Below, piece after piece: positions 1 to 12,810 of a stretch of 64,000 bases of DNA. The first letter of the stretch is position 1; each line of letters starts with the position of its first letter. Under the pieces are notes generated by a model. The model saw only the letters and a program-made list of their open reading frames with translations. It was not told where the DNA came from and searched no databases. The stretch is from NCBI GenBank assembly GCA_964016885.1, contig OZ024741.1:10106001-10170000 (forward strand), given 5' to 3'. The stretch comes from Eledone cirrhosa. Taxonomy: Eukaryota. Both the position numbers and the translations under genes were made by a program.

Positions 1-117
1 GCCAGCCATTGGTTTTCTGACTAGAGGATATTTTACCTGATTTTCTATCTCTGCATACATAGATGCACACATGATGGCTGCAAACTCTGCTAAGAGTATT
101 GCAATCGCTTGTCAGAT

Positions 118-891
118 TCAGATGTGTGACGCTCGGATATGGCTTTTCAAGTCTGCTAGAGACTTACACTCCCTCACACACTGACGACAACTATGGATCT
201 CCCTGGCCTGAGGTCCTGCAGCAGGTTGCCCGTGAACCCTCACAACACCGTGTAGATCATAGTTCACTGGTTCTCTTTGAACATGGCTGCGACTGTGGCT
301 CCTGAGACCAGATTTGCTCAAGCAAATTTTTCCACACTCAGGACACTTCAATTCAATAGAGACAACGATCGTTTCGAGAGATACACCAAGCCATTGCTTA
401 CGCACACCCCGTTTGATTTTCTCGTGTTCTATGCGTCTATCCTCAAAATTTTGGACCCCATCATTCACCATTCCACGCCAAGTTTCTCTCTCCCAGTCAG
501 CCATTATCAAACCAGGTTTTTTCAATGAGTCCTTTACACAAACCTTGAATCGAAGCCTTGGCCTATGAGGTGGTCTCTTACCCTCACAAAGCTCGCCATG
601 CAAGAGTTGTTTTGAGATTCGATCATCCTCCATTCTACAGAGGTGTCCGGTTCATCGCAAACGCCGTTGGTGGAAGTTACTCTCAATGCTCCGGCACTCA
701 CTTCTCTCAAAGACCTCAACATCACTCACATGCATCTGCCACTTGATACCGAGCACCTTTCTGAGACACTGCTGGTGAAACCGTTCCAGTCTGTGGATAT
801 GCCGTTTGTAGGCAACCCATGTCTCACATGCATAAAGCAAAGCTGACAGTACATATGCAGCATACACTCTCACCTTGGTCCTCAAATGCAC
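118..891 (-). pseudogene. RTE-clade LINE, 3' fragment (post-RT region plus two C-terminal C2H2 zinc fingers)
   Basis: TKVRVYAAYVLSALLYACETW...LERFHQQCLRKVLGIKW...QRRLR, MEDDRISKQLLHGEL...R.RLRFK, CPECGKICLSKSGLRSHSRSH and CRQCVRECKSLADLKSHIRASH; interrupted by a stop. Confidence 0.88.
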
Positions 892-892
892 A

Positions 893-1119
893 TGTTAGTA
901 ATGACTGCAAAGCTTGGAGTGTGATGAGCAAGCATGGAGTAGGTAAGTGCAATAACAATGGCCTACTTCTGTTGCAGATGTGCACTGGGATGGATCTTGT
1001 TGTTGGGAACACGCTCTTTCAGCAGAAAGACAAATATAAGACAACTTGGATGCATCCACGTTCCAAGAAGTAACACCTTATTGACTTTGTTTTAACGAGG
1101 AAACGTGATATCAGGGATA
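893..1119 (+). pseudogene. RTE-clade APE endonuclease fragment, inverted relative to the adjacent 3' fragment
   Basis: [56 protein letters not shown], a typical RTE APE motif. Confidence 0.85.
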
Positions 1120-1316
<197 letters not shown>

Positions 1317-1329
1317 CGTAGATAGATAT

Positions 1330-1500
1330 CTTTCTTTATTTGCCATAAGGGCGAACAAAAATGGGATATTACAGGACGTGGCGGTGGGGGTTTTACATAA
1401 AAATCATATAACTTTAACACTAATAAATAACAATAAACTATATATAATAAAATAACAATTGAAATCCCCAATAGGGGGAACGTTACTGCAGGGTTGTTTT
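1330..1500 (-). mobile_element. Decayed 3' UTR remnant of a Tx1-family LINE
   Basis: CTTTCTTTATTTGCCATAAGGG...AAATAACAATTGAAATCCCCAATAGGGGG resembles the Tx1 3' ends at 33264-33410 and 32946-33130. Confidence 0.5.
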
Positions 1501-1674
1501 ACACCCCGTGGATAGAACAACCGTCAACACCAGGAACACGTTTTGTAGGTGTTATCGTATTCCCTCGTTTATCTACATACGTAGATAGATAGTTAGTCAC
1601 ATACATACTTGCTTGCATACACACACACACGCACACATACACACACATATATATATATAATAGGCTACAGTATC

Positions 1675-1717
1675 GCGTAATATTCCCTAGCTTGCTTTCC
1701 TCTTCAATGCCCATGTA

Positions 1718-1795
<78 letters not shown>

Positions 1796-1838
1796 TACAT
1801 GGATATTGAAGAGGAAAGCAAGCTAGGGAATATTACGC
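1675..1838. repeat. Inverted repeat, ~48-bp arms around a (TA)n tract
   Basis: 1675-1722 is the reverse complement of 1791-1838 with 2 mismatches. Confidence 0.92.
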
Positions 1839-2430
1839 TATAATAGGTTGGCAGCATATGTAAAAAAGACATGAAGCCATGACAGTTATAATTGACAAGT
1901 TAGTTAAGTGCAGTCTGCTTAGGATCAGACATCGCGCCATTTTGTTTAATATTTTATGGCTAAATTGAACAGCAACTTCAAAGACATAGTTTCATGTCAT
2001 AGCGTGTAGATTATTTTGTTGCTTCAATTAACAGATTATGATAAGTTTAGAAGCTGTATTCGTTAATGGCGGACTTCTAATTAGTCTTTTTACGCAGCTC
2101 TATATTTATGATTTTCAGTGCAATGTCATTTAAATGTGGAGAATTTCACATGAAGCCGTGAGATTTTGCAAAGTACTTGCAAAACATATAAATCTTGTGG
2201 TTTGTAAAGGGTGGCTTAAGGATCAGGGAATAATTGGTCTATTACCAGGTCCAACTTAAATGAGTAAGTCAAGATTAATAGAGAGAGTGAGTAGCTGCAA
2301 TGGTTGCTATCATTCGTGCTTCTACAGCGAGCTGATACTCAAAACTGAAAATTAAGTTCTGTCTGTATAGACCTTGACTGCTTACATTTGACTGCTATAC
2401 ACAGGATATGTAGCTCTTCTCCCCCTCTCC

Positions 2431-2591
<161 letters not shown>

Positions 2592-3331
2592 AGGCAAAAC
2601 ATAGAACGAAAATAGTAAACGATAAATGAGGGCAACAGGAAAGATTGGCAGTAAAGAGAAGAGAGAAATAGAATCAAGGGCGAGGGAGATATCCTCACAA
2701 CTTCGTGTGATTATGGATAGGACTACTTGTGACAACGTGCGCCACTGTAATAAAAACTTACCCCTGCACCACTGCTTGGGAAACAAACAATACATACATG
2801 CAATGAGGACGGAACAGAAAAAAACAAAATAACATACCTGGGTGAAAAATCAAGTCATCGGATGACATGAAATATGTACAGGTAAATCTTAAACGGAGAT
2901 ATATAAATATACAAGAAATAGCCGTATATCAGTCGCTAGACTATAGACGGTCACAAATAAGTGAGTGTGTGATAATTCCAGATAAGTTAGAAAAAAAATC
3001 AGGAGGAAGGACAGCAGAAGTCACGGAGCCCCTTAGGGCGTAAATGACGGAGAAAAAGGAAGGTAAGAGGAAAACAGTATAAAAGAAAGGGAGAAAATTG
3101 GTTGAGAGAAAGAAGAAATAAGCGTTAACCGTTGAACGAAATTATAGAGCGAGAATATACTAGACTAAAGGGGAGAAAAGCAGCGAAACTGAGGCAACGA
3201 ATAAAATAAGCAGAGTAAAAGAAATGGAGAAGAAGAAACAGAGGGGCGAGGAAAATTACAGGGAAACGGCTAAAGGGACAGAAAACATGGACAAGGAAAA
3301 TTCCCAGCATTATTGGTTATCATCAGATAAT

Positions 3332-3520
3332 GGCGGTGGATTGGCAGTATCGGTAGAGGGTCGGACGCCATGCTTTCCAGCATAGTTACGTCCCTTTACG
3401 ATCTGAGTTCAAATCCCGCCGAGGTTGACTTTGCCTTTCATCCTTACGGGGTCGATAAAATAAAGTACCAGTAATGCACTGGTTAATTGCTGGCCTTGTG
3501 CCTAAAGTAGAAACAATTAT
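3332..3520 (+). mobile_element. tRNA-derived SINE with Meta-like central domain; full length with 17-bp TSD
   Basis: A/B boxes (TGGCAGTATCGG, GAGTTCAAATCC), GCCTTTCATCCTTACGGGGTCGATAAAATAAAGTACCAG; TSD ATTATTGGTTATCATCA at 3309-3325 and 3516-3532. Confidence 0.88.
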
Positions 3521-3749
3521 TGGTTATCATCATGAATATGGGTAGACTGTTAATGTACCGAAATATAAATATACCGTGAGAAAGGAGAGACCTTTATTAA
3601 CCGAAACCGTTGTGATTTTCAGAGGTTCACTGAGGAAATGAGACTGTCTGTTTGCCATTGTTTTTTCCATTTACACACACACACACACACACAAACACAC
3701 ATATATATATATATATGTGTGTGTGTCTATTGTTGATGTAGTTGATGGA

Positions 3750-4050
3750 TCTTCATCGTTTTCGACGACGAGGACTCCAGTTGATTCAATCGATGGAATG
3801 TCTCCTCCTAAATTTAACGGATAAGTGAATGAGAATTCCACAGACTTCTGCACCTTTAGCGTAATTCTCAGGGAGATTCAGCATGACAATACGTTGCAAG
3901 GATGGCCGCACAAATTACTGTTACAACTCATATTTGCCATTTGAGTGAACTGGTGCAATGTAAAAAATGCATCTTGCTCAAGGACTCAATGCACCACCCT
4001 ATTCTGGAATCGAGCTCACGACCATACAATCGCCAGCTGAACATCCTACT
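3750..4050 (-). mobile_element. Decayed tRNA-derived SINE (second family, V-domain-like)
   Basis: Reverse complement resembles 61566-61705 (TCCTTGAGCAAGA..CA, CCAGTT.ACTCA). Confidence 0.6.
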
Positions 4051-4599
4051 AACAAAATCAATTACATTGCTACCTCATCAGCAATATTCTGGTGTGCATA
4101 TTAAGGTGGGGTTGCACTTGCAATGTCAGTTTAAGAAACAGATTTGAGATCCGTTTTGTTGGAAAGATGCTAGACAAAGAATGACCAGTAACATTTACGG
4201 CTCTTTCGACAGAAACAGATATAAATTTATAGAAATATTAGGACCGCAGATTAAAGAGCACCATACGAGCACTTGTGGTTTCAATTAAGACAAAAGATTG
4301 TAGAAGGTGCAACAGGTTAACGCTAGAAACTTAGGAACATTTAGACTTTCATCAAATGAGTGTATAGACATGCTGCCTTTCCAATCTAAGCTAATCCGTT
4401 AATCAACAATCTAGAACACCATCGTCGAAACCGATGGAGATCCAATAGACACACATAAACACACACATACACAAACACACACACACATACATACACACAC
4501 ACGCGCGCGCGCAACCTGTGCAAAGGAAAATTATTAATATACTTACAAATCTGGCATGGCACACTAAAAAATGTAATAATTAATGAGTTTAGATGAATC

Positions 4600-4752
4600 A
4601 TGGCCGAATTGTTAAAGAGCTGGTAATCACTAGGTACCAGTTTCGATCCCACTGTGTAACATCTTGGGTAACAGCTATTTATCATAGAATCGGGCCGACC
4701 CAAGTTTTATAAGTGAAATTGGGTGGATAGAAGTTGTTTAGAAACCTGTCGG
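4600..4752 (+). mobile_element. Decayed tRNA-derived SINE (third family)
   Basis: TGGCCGAATTGTTAA A-box-like, GTTTCGATCCC B-box, tail TCGGGCCGACCCAAG...GAAACCTGTCG resembling octopus SINEs (from memory, not searched). Confidence 0.5.
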
Positions 4753-4834
4753 ATAGATTGCACCTGGAATTGAAAGGACCAGCCTTGTCACATGCTGTAA
4801 CATCTCTTTCTGACCCTTACTTAATTGTATATCA

Positions 4835-5289
4835 AATTATATGTGTTGGATTCTTATAGAATTCTAGTAATAATCAGGAACTGATTATAAAGAGCGGTCG
4901 CCTGTCCAGCAGGAATTGAAAATTAGAATTGGTGCTCTGAAATAGCGATATATATATGAATGTATATATAGTGTATTTTGCAATACACTGGTTATTACTG
5001 GAATTACACCTGATTATTACTGGAATTCTATAAGAACACAACACACGTAATTTTCAACAAACAGGGGAGAGTAGTGAGCTTTGATAAGTACCAACAAGTA
5101 CGAAACAAAGCTCTGTCAGCTTATCTCCCCTGTTTGCTGAAAATTTAAATAAGTGACATTGTCACTACTTTAAAACAACAGCGTATGGCCTCCAAAATTC
5201 TTTTAATTAAGCATACAGTGTATTGCAAAATACACTCTATATACATTCATATATATATCGCTATTTCAGAGCACCAATTCTAATTTTCA
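4835..5289 (+). mobile_element. Penelope-like pLTR remnant with overlapping inverted repeats
   Basis: IR 4917-4990/5216-5289, IR 4835-4878/5009-5052, inner IR 5049-5070/5124-5145 enclosing a hammerhead; ends in (TA)n. Confidence 0.7.
5076..5122 (+). ncRNA. Type I hammerhead ribozyme, U3:A8 core variant
   Basis: GAGCT-TTGATAA-GTAC caacaa GTAC-GAA-ACAAAGCTCTGT (near-palindrome)-C-AGCTT; GUC triplet. Confidence 0.75.
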
Positions 5290-5497
5290 TATATATATAT
5301 ATATATATTTAGGTTTGTTGGTTCGCCACTGGATAGAACTGGTCATTCCGTATGGTCAACATCGATGTAATATTATGGAAGCACTCAACGTAATGCAACT
5401 CACCCGTCTTCGTTTGTGTAGTTGGTGGTGCGAGTACGGAGTTAATCATTATAAAATAACAGGAGGCTGGACTGGGGTAATTCCTTAAAGGTTTATT

Positions 5498-5555
5498 ATA
5501 CTATGAACATTTCAATGCCCGGGTTCAGTATGAATCCGGTGACATCATCAGGTAT
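5498..5555 (-). ncRNA. Hammerhead-like motif in a pLTR remnant
   Basis: rc: ATAC-CTGATGA-TGTCACCGGATTCA tac TGAACCCGGGCA-TT-GAAA-TGTTCA-TA-GTAT followed by AATAAA; extra bases before GAAA. Confidence 0.6.
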
Positions 5556-5659
5556 TCAAAATATAACAAAGGAATATAGTAGACAAAATCCATTGGGGCT
5601 GAAAATCAGAGACATGAGGGCGACCGAACATTTAGAAGATTCTACCCTGGTCGGCCGCC

Positions 5660-5698
<39 letters not shown>

Positions 5699-5881
5699 GA
5701 TAGTTTATAAAGTTTATATCTAACCACACGTGTTACTCTATGATTTAACAATAACACGGGAACAAAATCTGTTTTAAAATTTATCATAGATGTACATGAT
5801 ACAACAAAAAAGTTGTCAGTGAAATAAAGCCACAATACAGTTTCCCTTCTCGCTGACAACTGAGTCCCGTTATACCCCCAC

Positions 5882-5936
<55 letters not shown>

Positions 5937-6024
5937 ATTAGAAAGTGAACAACACAAAATATACATACTAAGAGAGAACCAGTTTAAAACCACTTAAGCC
6001 TGTAATCAAATCTATACTATAACT

Positions 6025-6122
6025 AGTCGGGACCCAACCGCTCAGCTCTTGTCGTTTCAACAGCTAGTTCCAGACTGGAACTAGCTCTTGAAACGACAAG
6101 CGCTCAGCCTCGAATTTCGACT
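6025..6122. repeat. ~100-bp hairpin element, copy 1 of the GAGCTCAGCCGTCGGGGTC family
   Basis: GCTCTTGTCGTTTCAACAGCTAGTTCCAG-A-CTGGAACTAGCTCTTGAAACGACAAGCGC; homologous to 9447, 20315, 57411. Confidence 0.8.
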
Positions 6123-6333
6123 CTTTATTTTATATATATATATATTCAATTTTTTCAATTTGAATCTGTGCCAACGGTTTCCCTGCCCCTGAGAACGGTC
6201 AGGAATAGCTTACCTCCTCTTTGGTCTCAAGTCACGTGCCACTGAAAGTCGAAGTTACAACGACACTGGCCGGTGTCCATCGGAGTGGTGTAGTGGGTAG
6301 CTAGTCGGAATTATCTGTTGCAGGGAGGATAAT

Positions 6334-6459
6334 CCCCGCTGAAGATGCGATTCTAGCCACTTATATAATGTTTGCTAACATTACCTAATTTCTGCGCATT
6401 AGTTCCATTTGGACTGCTGCTAGCTGATGGATTTGCAGAAACTAATGCGTTGGTTCGAG
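6334..6459 (+). ncRNA. Decayed hammerhead-like motif with a long stem II insert
   Basis: CCCG-CTGAAGA-TGCGA...TTGCA-GAA-ACTAATGCGTTGGT (decayed palindrome)-T-CGAG. Confidence 0.4.
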
Positions 6460-6623
6460 ACCGAACAAATCAGATTTTCTATCCACAGAAAATCGTTTCT
6501 CTCGCTAATTAACGTATAAGTGAGCATTCCAATTTTCTTGGGTTGGTGTTTCAATGATACTGACTTAACTTAACCATTGAGTCAGTGAGAATCTGACCGA
6601 AGCAGTGTCGGTCCTAGTAGATA

Positions 6624-6732
<109 letters not shown>

Positions 6733-7099
6733 AACACTACAGGGAGCCTCACCCCAGAAAGAATTCTATAGACTTCTGACTGAGGAATGCTCTCAGAACT
6801 GACCAATGGGAAGTTTGACACTTTTTTTGTTATTTTGTTCCTTTAACACCTTGTCCCTTCTACCACTTTATCAATTTTTTAAGCTAACTCCAACAATAAC
6901 AATACTTAGAATGAGGAATGTTCTAATAACTGACCAATGAGAGAAGAGGACCTTTGACACTGAAATTCGTTTGTTTGAATTCATATGACTCCAGTTCCTC
7001 AGTGAAATAACAACCCAACCAGGAACTGGGCATATCAGAGTATTGACAATATTATACACCTAAACAACATATGTACTTGTCTATACCATACTAATTCAA

Positions 7100-7138
7100 A
7101 CTGCCTGAAGAGGTCACAGCCAAAATATATATAGCAGT
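7100..7138 (+). ncRNA. Minimal type I hammerhead, decayed (G12>A), at the end of pLTR remnant ~6730-7190
   Basis: ACTGC-CTGAAGA-GGT caca GCC-AAAA-TATATA-TA-GCAGT then AATAAA. Confidence 0.65.
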
Positions 7139-7183
7139 AATAAACGAAGCTAAATTTTAAACATTTGACTTTTTATTTAACTT

Positions 7184-7303
<120 letters not shown>

Positions 7304-7312
7304 ATATATATG

Positions 7313-7345
<33 letters not shown>

Positions 7346-7409
7346 CTAACGGCATGGAAAAGTCGTAAATATTACAACAGTTTTGTATTTTTCTTCTCTT
7401 AAACTATCA

Positions 7410-7578
7410 GGCTTCACGCCCGGCTAAACCGGCTTCACACCCGGCTAAACCGGCTTCACAAGTGAATGACATTGTTGTTGATGATATAGTATTTGTTATT
7501 ATCATGATTGTTGTTGTTGCTGTTATTATTATTATCATCATTATTATTATTATTATTATTACTATTATTATTATTATT

Positions 7579-7641
<63 letters not shown>

Positions 7642-7670
7642 ATAAGTAGTAGTAATAGTAGTATTAGTAT
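7410..7670. repeat. 21-bp tandem (GGCTTCACRCCCGGCTAAACC x2.4) followed by (ATT)/(GTT) trinucleotide tracts
   Basis: Direct reading. Confidence 0.9.
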
Positions 7671-8025
7671 ATTTTTTTGTCGATGAAACCAAAGTGCTTT
7701 TTCACACGTAGCATCGTATAAGTATAACAATTACGTTACGTAGCTACTAACACTAACACACACATACACACACCAATACAGACATACACACTCACACTCA
7801 CACACACAACCATCACATACACACACAACCATCATACACACACACAACCATCCTATACATACACACACACAACCATCCTATACATACACACACAAAACCA
7901 TCACACACACGCGCATAAACACATACAACCATCACATACACACGCACACTCACACACATACACACACACACCATTATAATTGTTTGCTTTAGCTTTCCTT
8001 TTGTTCTTTTATTATTCAACTCAAC

Positions 8026-8205
8026 TTCCGGTCGGCCATTTTCTCCCCTGTAAAAGATGGTTGTACGAATGTTTGGCGATACGTGAACTTAAAGGCGGTG
8101 AGGTCACGGTTCAGTCTGCACAGAATTGAAACCTTGTAGAATGATTTCCATGGTTTTAGACTGGTTATTGTAATAGATTCGTGATCTTCACCAAAGCCGG
8201 AAGTC
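8026..8205 (-). other. Candidate 180-nt host exon (FN3-like peptide)
   Basis: TTTTTAAG acceptor; open frame TSGFGEDHESITITSLKPWKSFYKVSILCRLNRDLTAFKFTYRQTFVQPSFTGEKMADR; weak donor GTTGAG. Confidence 0.25.
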
Positions 8206-8297
8206 CTTAAAAACCGTATTTAGAAATAGTTTTTTTCTTGTGTCACGTGGAGAACGACGTCTGAAAATAAATACGCCATGGCTGAGGGTAGAATTGT

Positions 8298-9300
8298 CAA
8301 ACAAGTACAACAAAGACTACAACAACAACAGCAACGACGATAATAATAACAAAAGAAATATCAACAACAGCAATAACAAAGAATATAACGACAACAGCAA
8401 CAACAACAACAACGACAACAACAACAGCAATAACAACAGCAACTGCAGCAACGACAACGACGACAACAGCAACAACATCAACAGCAACAGCAACAACAAC
8501 AACAACAACGACGACAAAAACAACAAGAAAACAAATATCAATAACAACAACGACAACAACAACAGCGATAACAACAGCAACTGCAGCAACGACAACGACG
8601 ACAACAGCAACAACGACAACAATAGCAGCAACGACAACAACAACAACAACAGCAACAACAACAACAACAACAACAGCAACGACGACGACGACAAAAACAA
8701 CAAAACAAATATCAACAACAACAACAACGACAACAGCAACAACAACAACAAAGACAACAACAAAACAAATATCAACATCAACAACAACAACAACTAGAGG
8801 CCATCTTATTTCTGTGAAATGTTTACACGGTATCAATGTCCCACCTTTTATTGTTTTCCTTTCTATCTCACAACTGTATGGTCCCACAATATCTCGTGGG
8901 ACCAACAGACTGTTACTGGTAGTGTCTTTACCACTACCAAAGCCATCACCACCATCACCATCACCATCACCACCATCACCATCACCACCAACATCATCAC
9001 CATCATCAACATCATCATCATCATCACCATCATCATAATCATCACCATCATCACCACCAACATCATCACCATCACCATCATCAACATCATCACCAACATC
9101 ATCACCATCACCATCACCATCACCAACATCACCATCACCACCATCATCACCATCATCATCATGACCATCACCACCATCATCATCATCATCATCATCATCA
9201 CCACCTTCACCATCATCACCACCATCATCATCATTACCATCACCATCATCACCACCATCATCATCATTACCATCACCATCACCATCATCAACTACAACAA
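8298..9300. repeat. Degenerate (AAC/GAC)n tract 8298-8795 and (CAT/CAC)n tract 8943-9290
   Basis: Direct reading. Confidence 0.92.
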
Positions 9301-9446
9301 CAAGCGAGATATGTCCCTATATAGGAGGTAGTAATCCAGTTGAGACACAAATGACTTAGATGCCTAACAGTTCGATATATCGATATTGTGAGATCGAATC
9401 TTGTCTTGATCTTTGTAATCTATTTTAGCTTTGTCTTTCTTCAAAG

Positions 9447-9549
9447 AGTCAAGACCCCGACGGCTGAGCTCCGGCCGTTTCGGAGCTAGATCTGAACGTT
9501 CGGATCTAACTGTCGTAATGGCCGGAGCTCAGCCGTCGGGGTCTTGACT
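9447..9549. repeat. Hairpin element, copy 2
   Basis: Perfect 30-bp arms AGTCAAGACCCCGACGGCTGAGCTCCGGCC / GGCCGGAGCTCAGCCGTCGGGGTCTTGACT. Confidence 0.9.
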
Positions 9550-9571
9550 GTTTTCATATATATATATCTGT

Positions 9572-9629
<58 letters not shown>

Positions 9630-9733
9630 ATGTATGCATATATACACATATGTATATGTGTATATAAATACATATATGTCTCTCTCTCTATATATATAGA
9701 CATAAATATATATGTCTCTATATATATACATAC

Positions 9734-9770
<37 letters not shown>

Positions 9771-9779
9771 CAAACAGAT

Positions 9780-10635
9780 ACGCAAACAGATACGTACATA
9801 CACAAGCATCCGCAAAACCTTACCATAGGTATACGAAGCCACGCACATTCGTGTATTTACATGTAGGTATGTGTGTGCGCTTGTTATATACGTATTTATT
9901 TATTTATGTACGTTTATATAATTATTTATTTATTTGTACACAAGTATACACACACACACATATTTATATGTGCGTGGTTTTGTATACCCATGGTAAGGTT
10001 TTGCGGATGCTTGTGTATGTACGTACCTGTTTGCGTGTATGTATTTATTTGTTTCTATTACTTCTGTATTGTATTTATTTACTTTGTTCTTAACTCTGTA
10101 GCAGAGATTCATTTGGTCTCCTAGTTAGTATTTTAGTCTACGACTTCTGCTATACCGTTTACGTGGTTTTGTCTTTGCGTGCTATTGTTCTCGACGCTCC
10201 ACATATGACTTATTATCTTCGTTTTTTCGTTCATTGCCAGAGAACGTCTCTATGCACCACCTAAGAGAACATTAGTCTACGACCTCTTTTATACTATAAA
10301 CGTGGTTCTGTCTTTGCGCGTAATTGTTTTTCACCGCCCTATTAAATACGTATTATTCGTTTTTTCCCGTTCTTTGCCAGCGAACGTTTCCACGAACCAA
10401 AGTATCGTCTTCCTGTCTTCCTCCGGTTGCAACGTTTTTTGAAATATCCAGTACTGCGTTTACAGATTGACTTTGTTAGTTTCAGAAGATCCCGTTAAGG
10501 GTGAAAGCAGCGATTCTTTGCTTAAACATTAATCTGTTATTTTAATAAATATTTGCTCTACGGTTTTTTATATATTTGATATATATTTTCCTTATCGAGC
10601 CCTCTTTGGATTTTAGTCTTCAATTTTATTATTAT

Positions 10636-10640
<5 letters not shown>
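9780..10640 (+). mobile_element. Penelope-like pLTR remnant(s) with inverted segment and internal ~140-bp tandem
   Basis: IR 9780-9848/9968-10036; diverged direct repeat starting at ~10133 and ~10272; 3' part near-identical to 58101-58297; ends in (TA)n. Confidence 0.65.
10479..10527 (+). ncRNA. Decayed type I hammerhead (U4>A)
   Basis: GTTT-CAGAAGA-T CCC gttaa GGG T-GAA-AGCA gcgattctt TGCT-T-AAAC. Confidence 0.5.
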
Positions 10641-10673
<33 letters not shown>

Positions 10674-10802
10674 AAAGTTATATTTAAATTGTTGGGTTAC
10701 AACTAGTAAATATTTATAACTGATATAAAAGCACTCGACAAATATTTGGAGTATATTTACAATATTAAATAAATGGAAACTATATTTATAAAACCATATT
10801 TA

Positions 10803-10864
10803 TTTCATTATATATATTTCAGGGATATCATATTAACAATATGCTATGCCTTCCTCAGACAAAA
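10803..10864 (-). ncRNA. Minimal type I hammerhead ribozyme
   Basis: rc: TTTTGT-CTGAGGA-AGG...CCT-GAAA-TATATA-TA-ATGAAA. Confidence 0.75.
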
Positions 10865-12224
10865 TACAATATAAACAGTTTTATAGATAAATAGATTCGA
10901 CATACCGTAACATCTATTTGCATTTGAGAAGGTTGATTTGGTAGTGACAAAATTGTACACAAAGAGAAAGAAAGAGAGAGAGAAAGAGAGAAAAAAAGAG
11001 AAAAAAGGAAAGAAAGACAGAAAACGAAGAAAAAGAAAAAGAAGAAATGTATGGACAAAATAGAGAGATGGACAGATAGATAAAGAGAAGAACTTCATGT
11101 AAAGAAACAGAAAGAGATATATATATATAGAGAGAGAGGAAATAGAGATAGATAGATATATATAGAAAGCTAGGTAGTGGGACGACTGTTGAATAACGTA
11201 TCAATGATACATTTATTTATTTATTTATTTATTTAGCTCTAGTATTAATGTAAGGGAGATATATGGAGGGAAAACCAGCTGTTATATAGGGAGAGAAAAA
11301 ATATAGAGAGAGAAAAAAGAGAGAGAAAAAATTCAAAAACATCCAGACACAGGCGAGGCGTAAAAAACCTCTGTTTTAATATAGAGGTATTAGTATTTAC
11401 AAAACCAGCCTCTACATTGTAAATATCAGTATTCCTGAATGAGATATGTATCCACAATGTGTGAAAATTAATGATCTTATGTTTAGTTTTTTAAAAATTC
11501 ATACGTTTATGTGATAATTACAAACATCTATGTGAATGTACATGATCAATTCTGCAAACCTTAAGTTCACGGAAAGTATTCTCAATGTGGTATAAAAATT
11601 CAAGTATACATATATGTGTATATAGAGTCAATATTACTATTTCAGTCTATCAAGCAAAGATAGAGCAGATTTCAATATACTAATAAAAATAAAAATAAAA
11701 ATATATCGGAAACAAAACTAAAAATAACAATAATAATAATAAGTAATAATAGAAAACTAAGAAATATTACGAAGGAATATTACATATTAAAAATATTACA
11801 TATTAAAAAAATTTACATATTAAGAATATTAAAAATAAAAATTAGGAAATACTACAATAATAAAAATAAAATAAACCACAAAGATCAACCCTTCAAAATT
11901 AATTGACAATATATTGCCAAGTTCATTATAAACATCAGAGTCGAAAAACATATAAAGCCAAAAATTATCTATCAAATCGCATCTAGTAAAGATCATTTCA
12001 AAAAGTATAGGATGCCCAATTTGGTCTACATGTGTTCTTATATTTAATATAGAAGTTTATCTAGTGTAACGTTTATTCGAAATATTTGGAGCATCAACTT
12101 TTAGGATAGCTTAATTTTTCATGAAGAATGTTTAAATAAATAAAATAAAAATAAAAAAGAATAAAAAGTGAATCAAAGATTTATCGGCTAGTTTCCCATA
12201 TAATTATAAATCAAACTAAATATA

Positions 12225-12810
12225 CTACATTTTAAATTTAAATTTATATTTAAACGTTGAGTTTAATCTATGTTTGCAACAACTGAATAAATTTGTCCGT
12301 AGATTAAGGGAATTTTTAGATTTTAGTATAAAGAATATCTCCTCTGCGCAGAGGTCACATGTCTCAGAGGATGAATTAAAAGGAATCCCTCTTGAGACTA
12401 TATTCCAAGCCGTCGAATATCTAACGTTATCTAGCTTAAGTTGCCATAGTACGCCTGATAGTGCCGTTGAAGATTTTTTACTTGGATCTGTGAAAGAATT
12501 CTTGTGGTTATTATAGCGAAATTTAAATTCCGTCGATGTGGAACCGACGTAGTTAAAAGAATTAGAGTCAGTATTAACATTACAATTGTATACTATATTT
12601 TTAACTAAGCAGTTGTTATTTAACGGACATTTAGATCTATCTCTACAGTTACATTTGTTAACTTGTATATTATTTATGCTGTTATCACTAGGTTTTAAGT
12701 TCCTATTATTTATTCTATTGATATTTTGTGCTAAATTTTTGGTGGATGAGTAGGTTAATTTAATTGTATGTCTATTGAAAATTGAGTGATATCTATGTGT
12801 TCTAGGGAAG
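12225..12810 (-). pseudogene. GIY-YIG endonuclease C-terminal domain of a Naiad-type PLE (RT missing)
   Basis: IFNRHTIKLTYS, CNCRDRSKCPLNNNC, IVY..YVGSTSTEFKFRYNNHKNSF, TALS, CDLCAEE, LNLRTNLFSCCKHR. Confidence 0.88.

Noticed and set aside
2835-2884. Another hammerhead (TACCTG...GTCAT cgg ATGAC..GAAA TATG TA CAGGTA)
   Set aside because: Stems are suggestive but the CUGANGA core cannot be placed convincingly.
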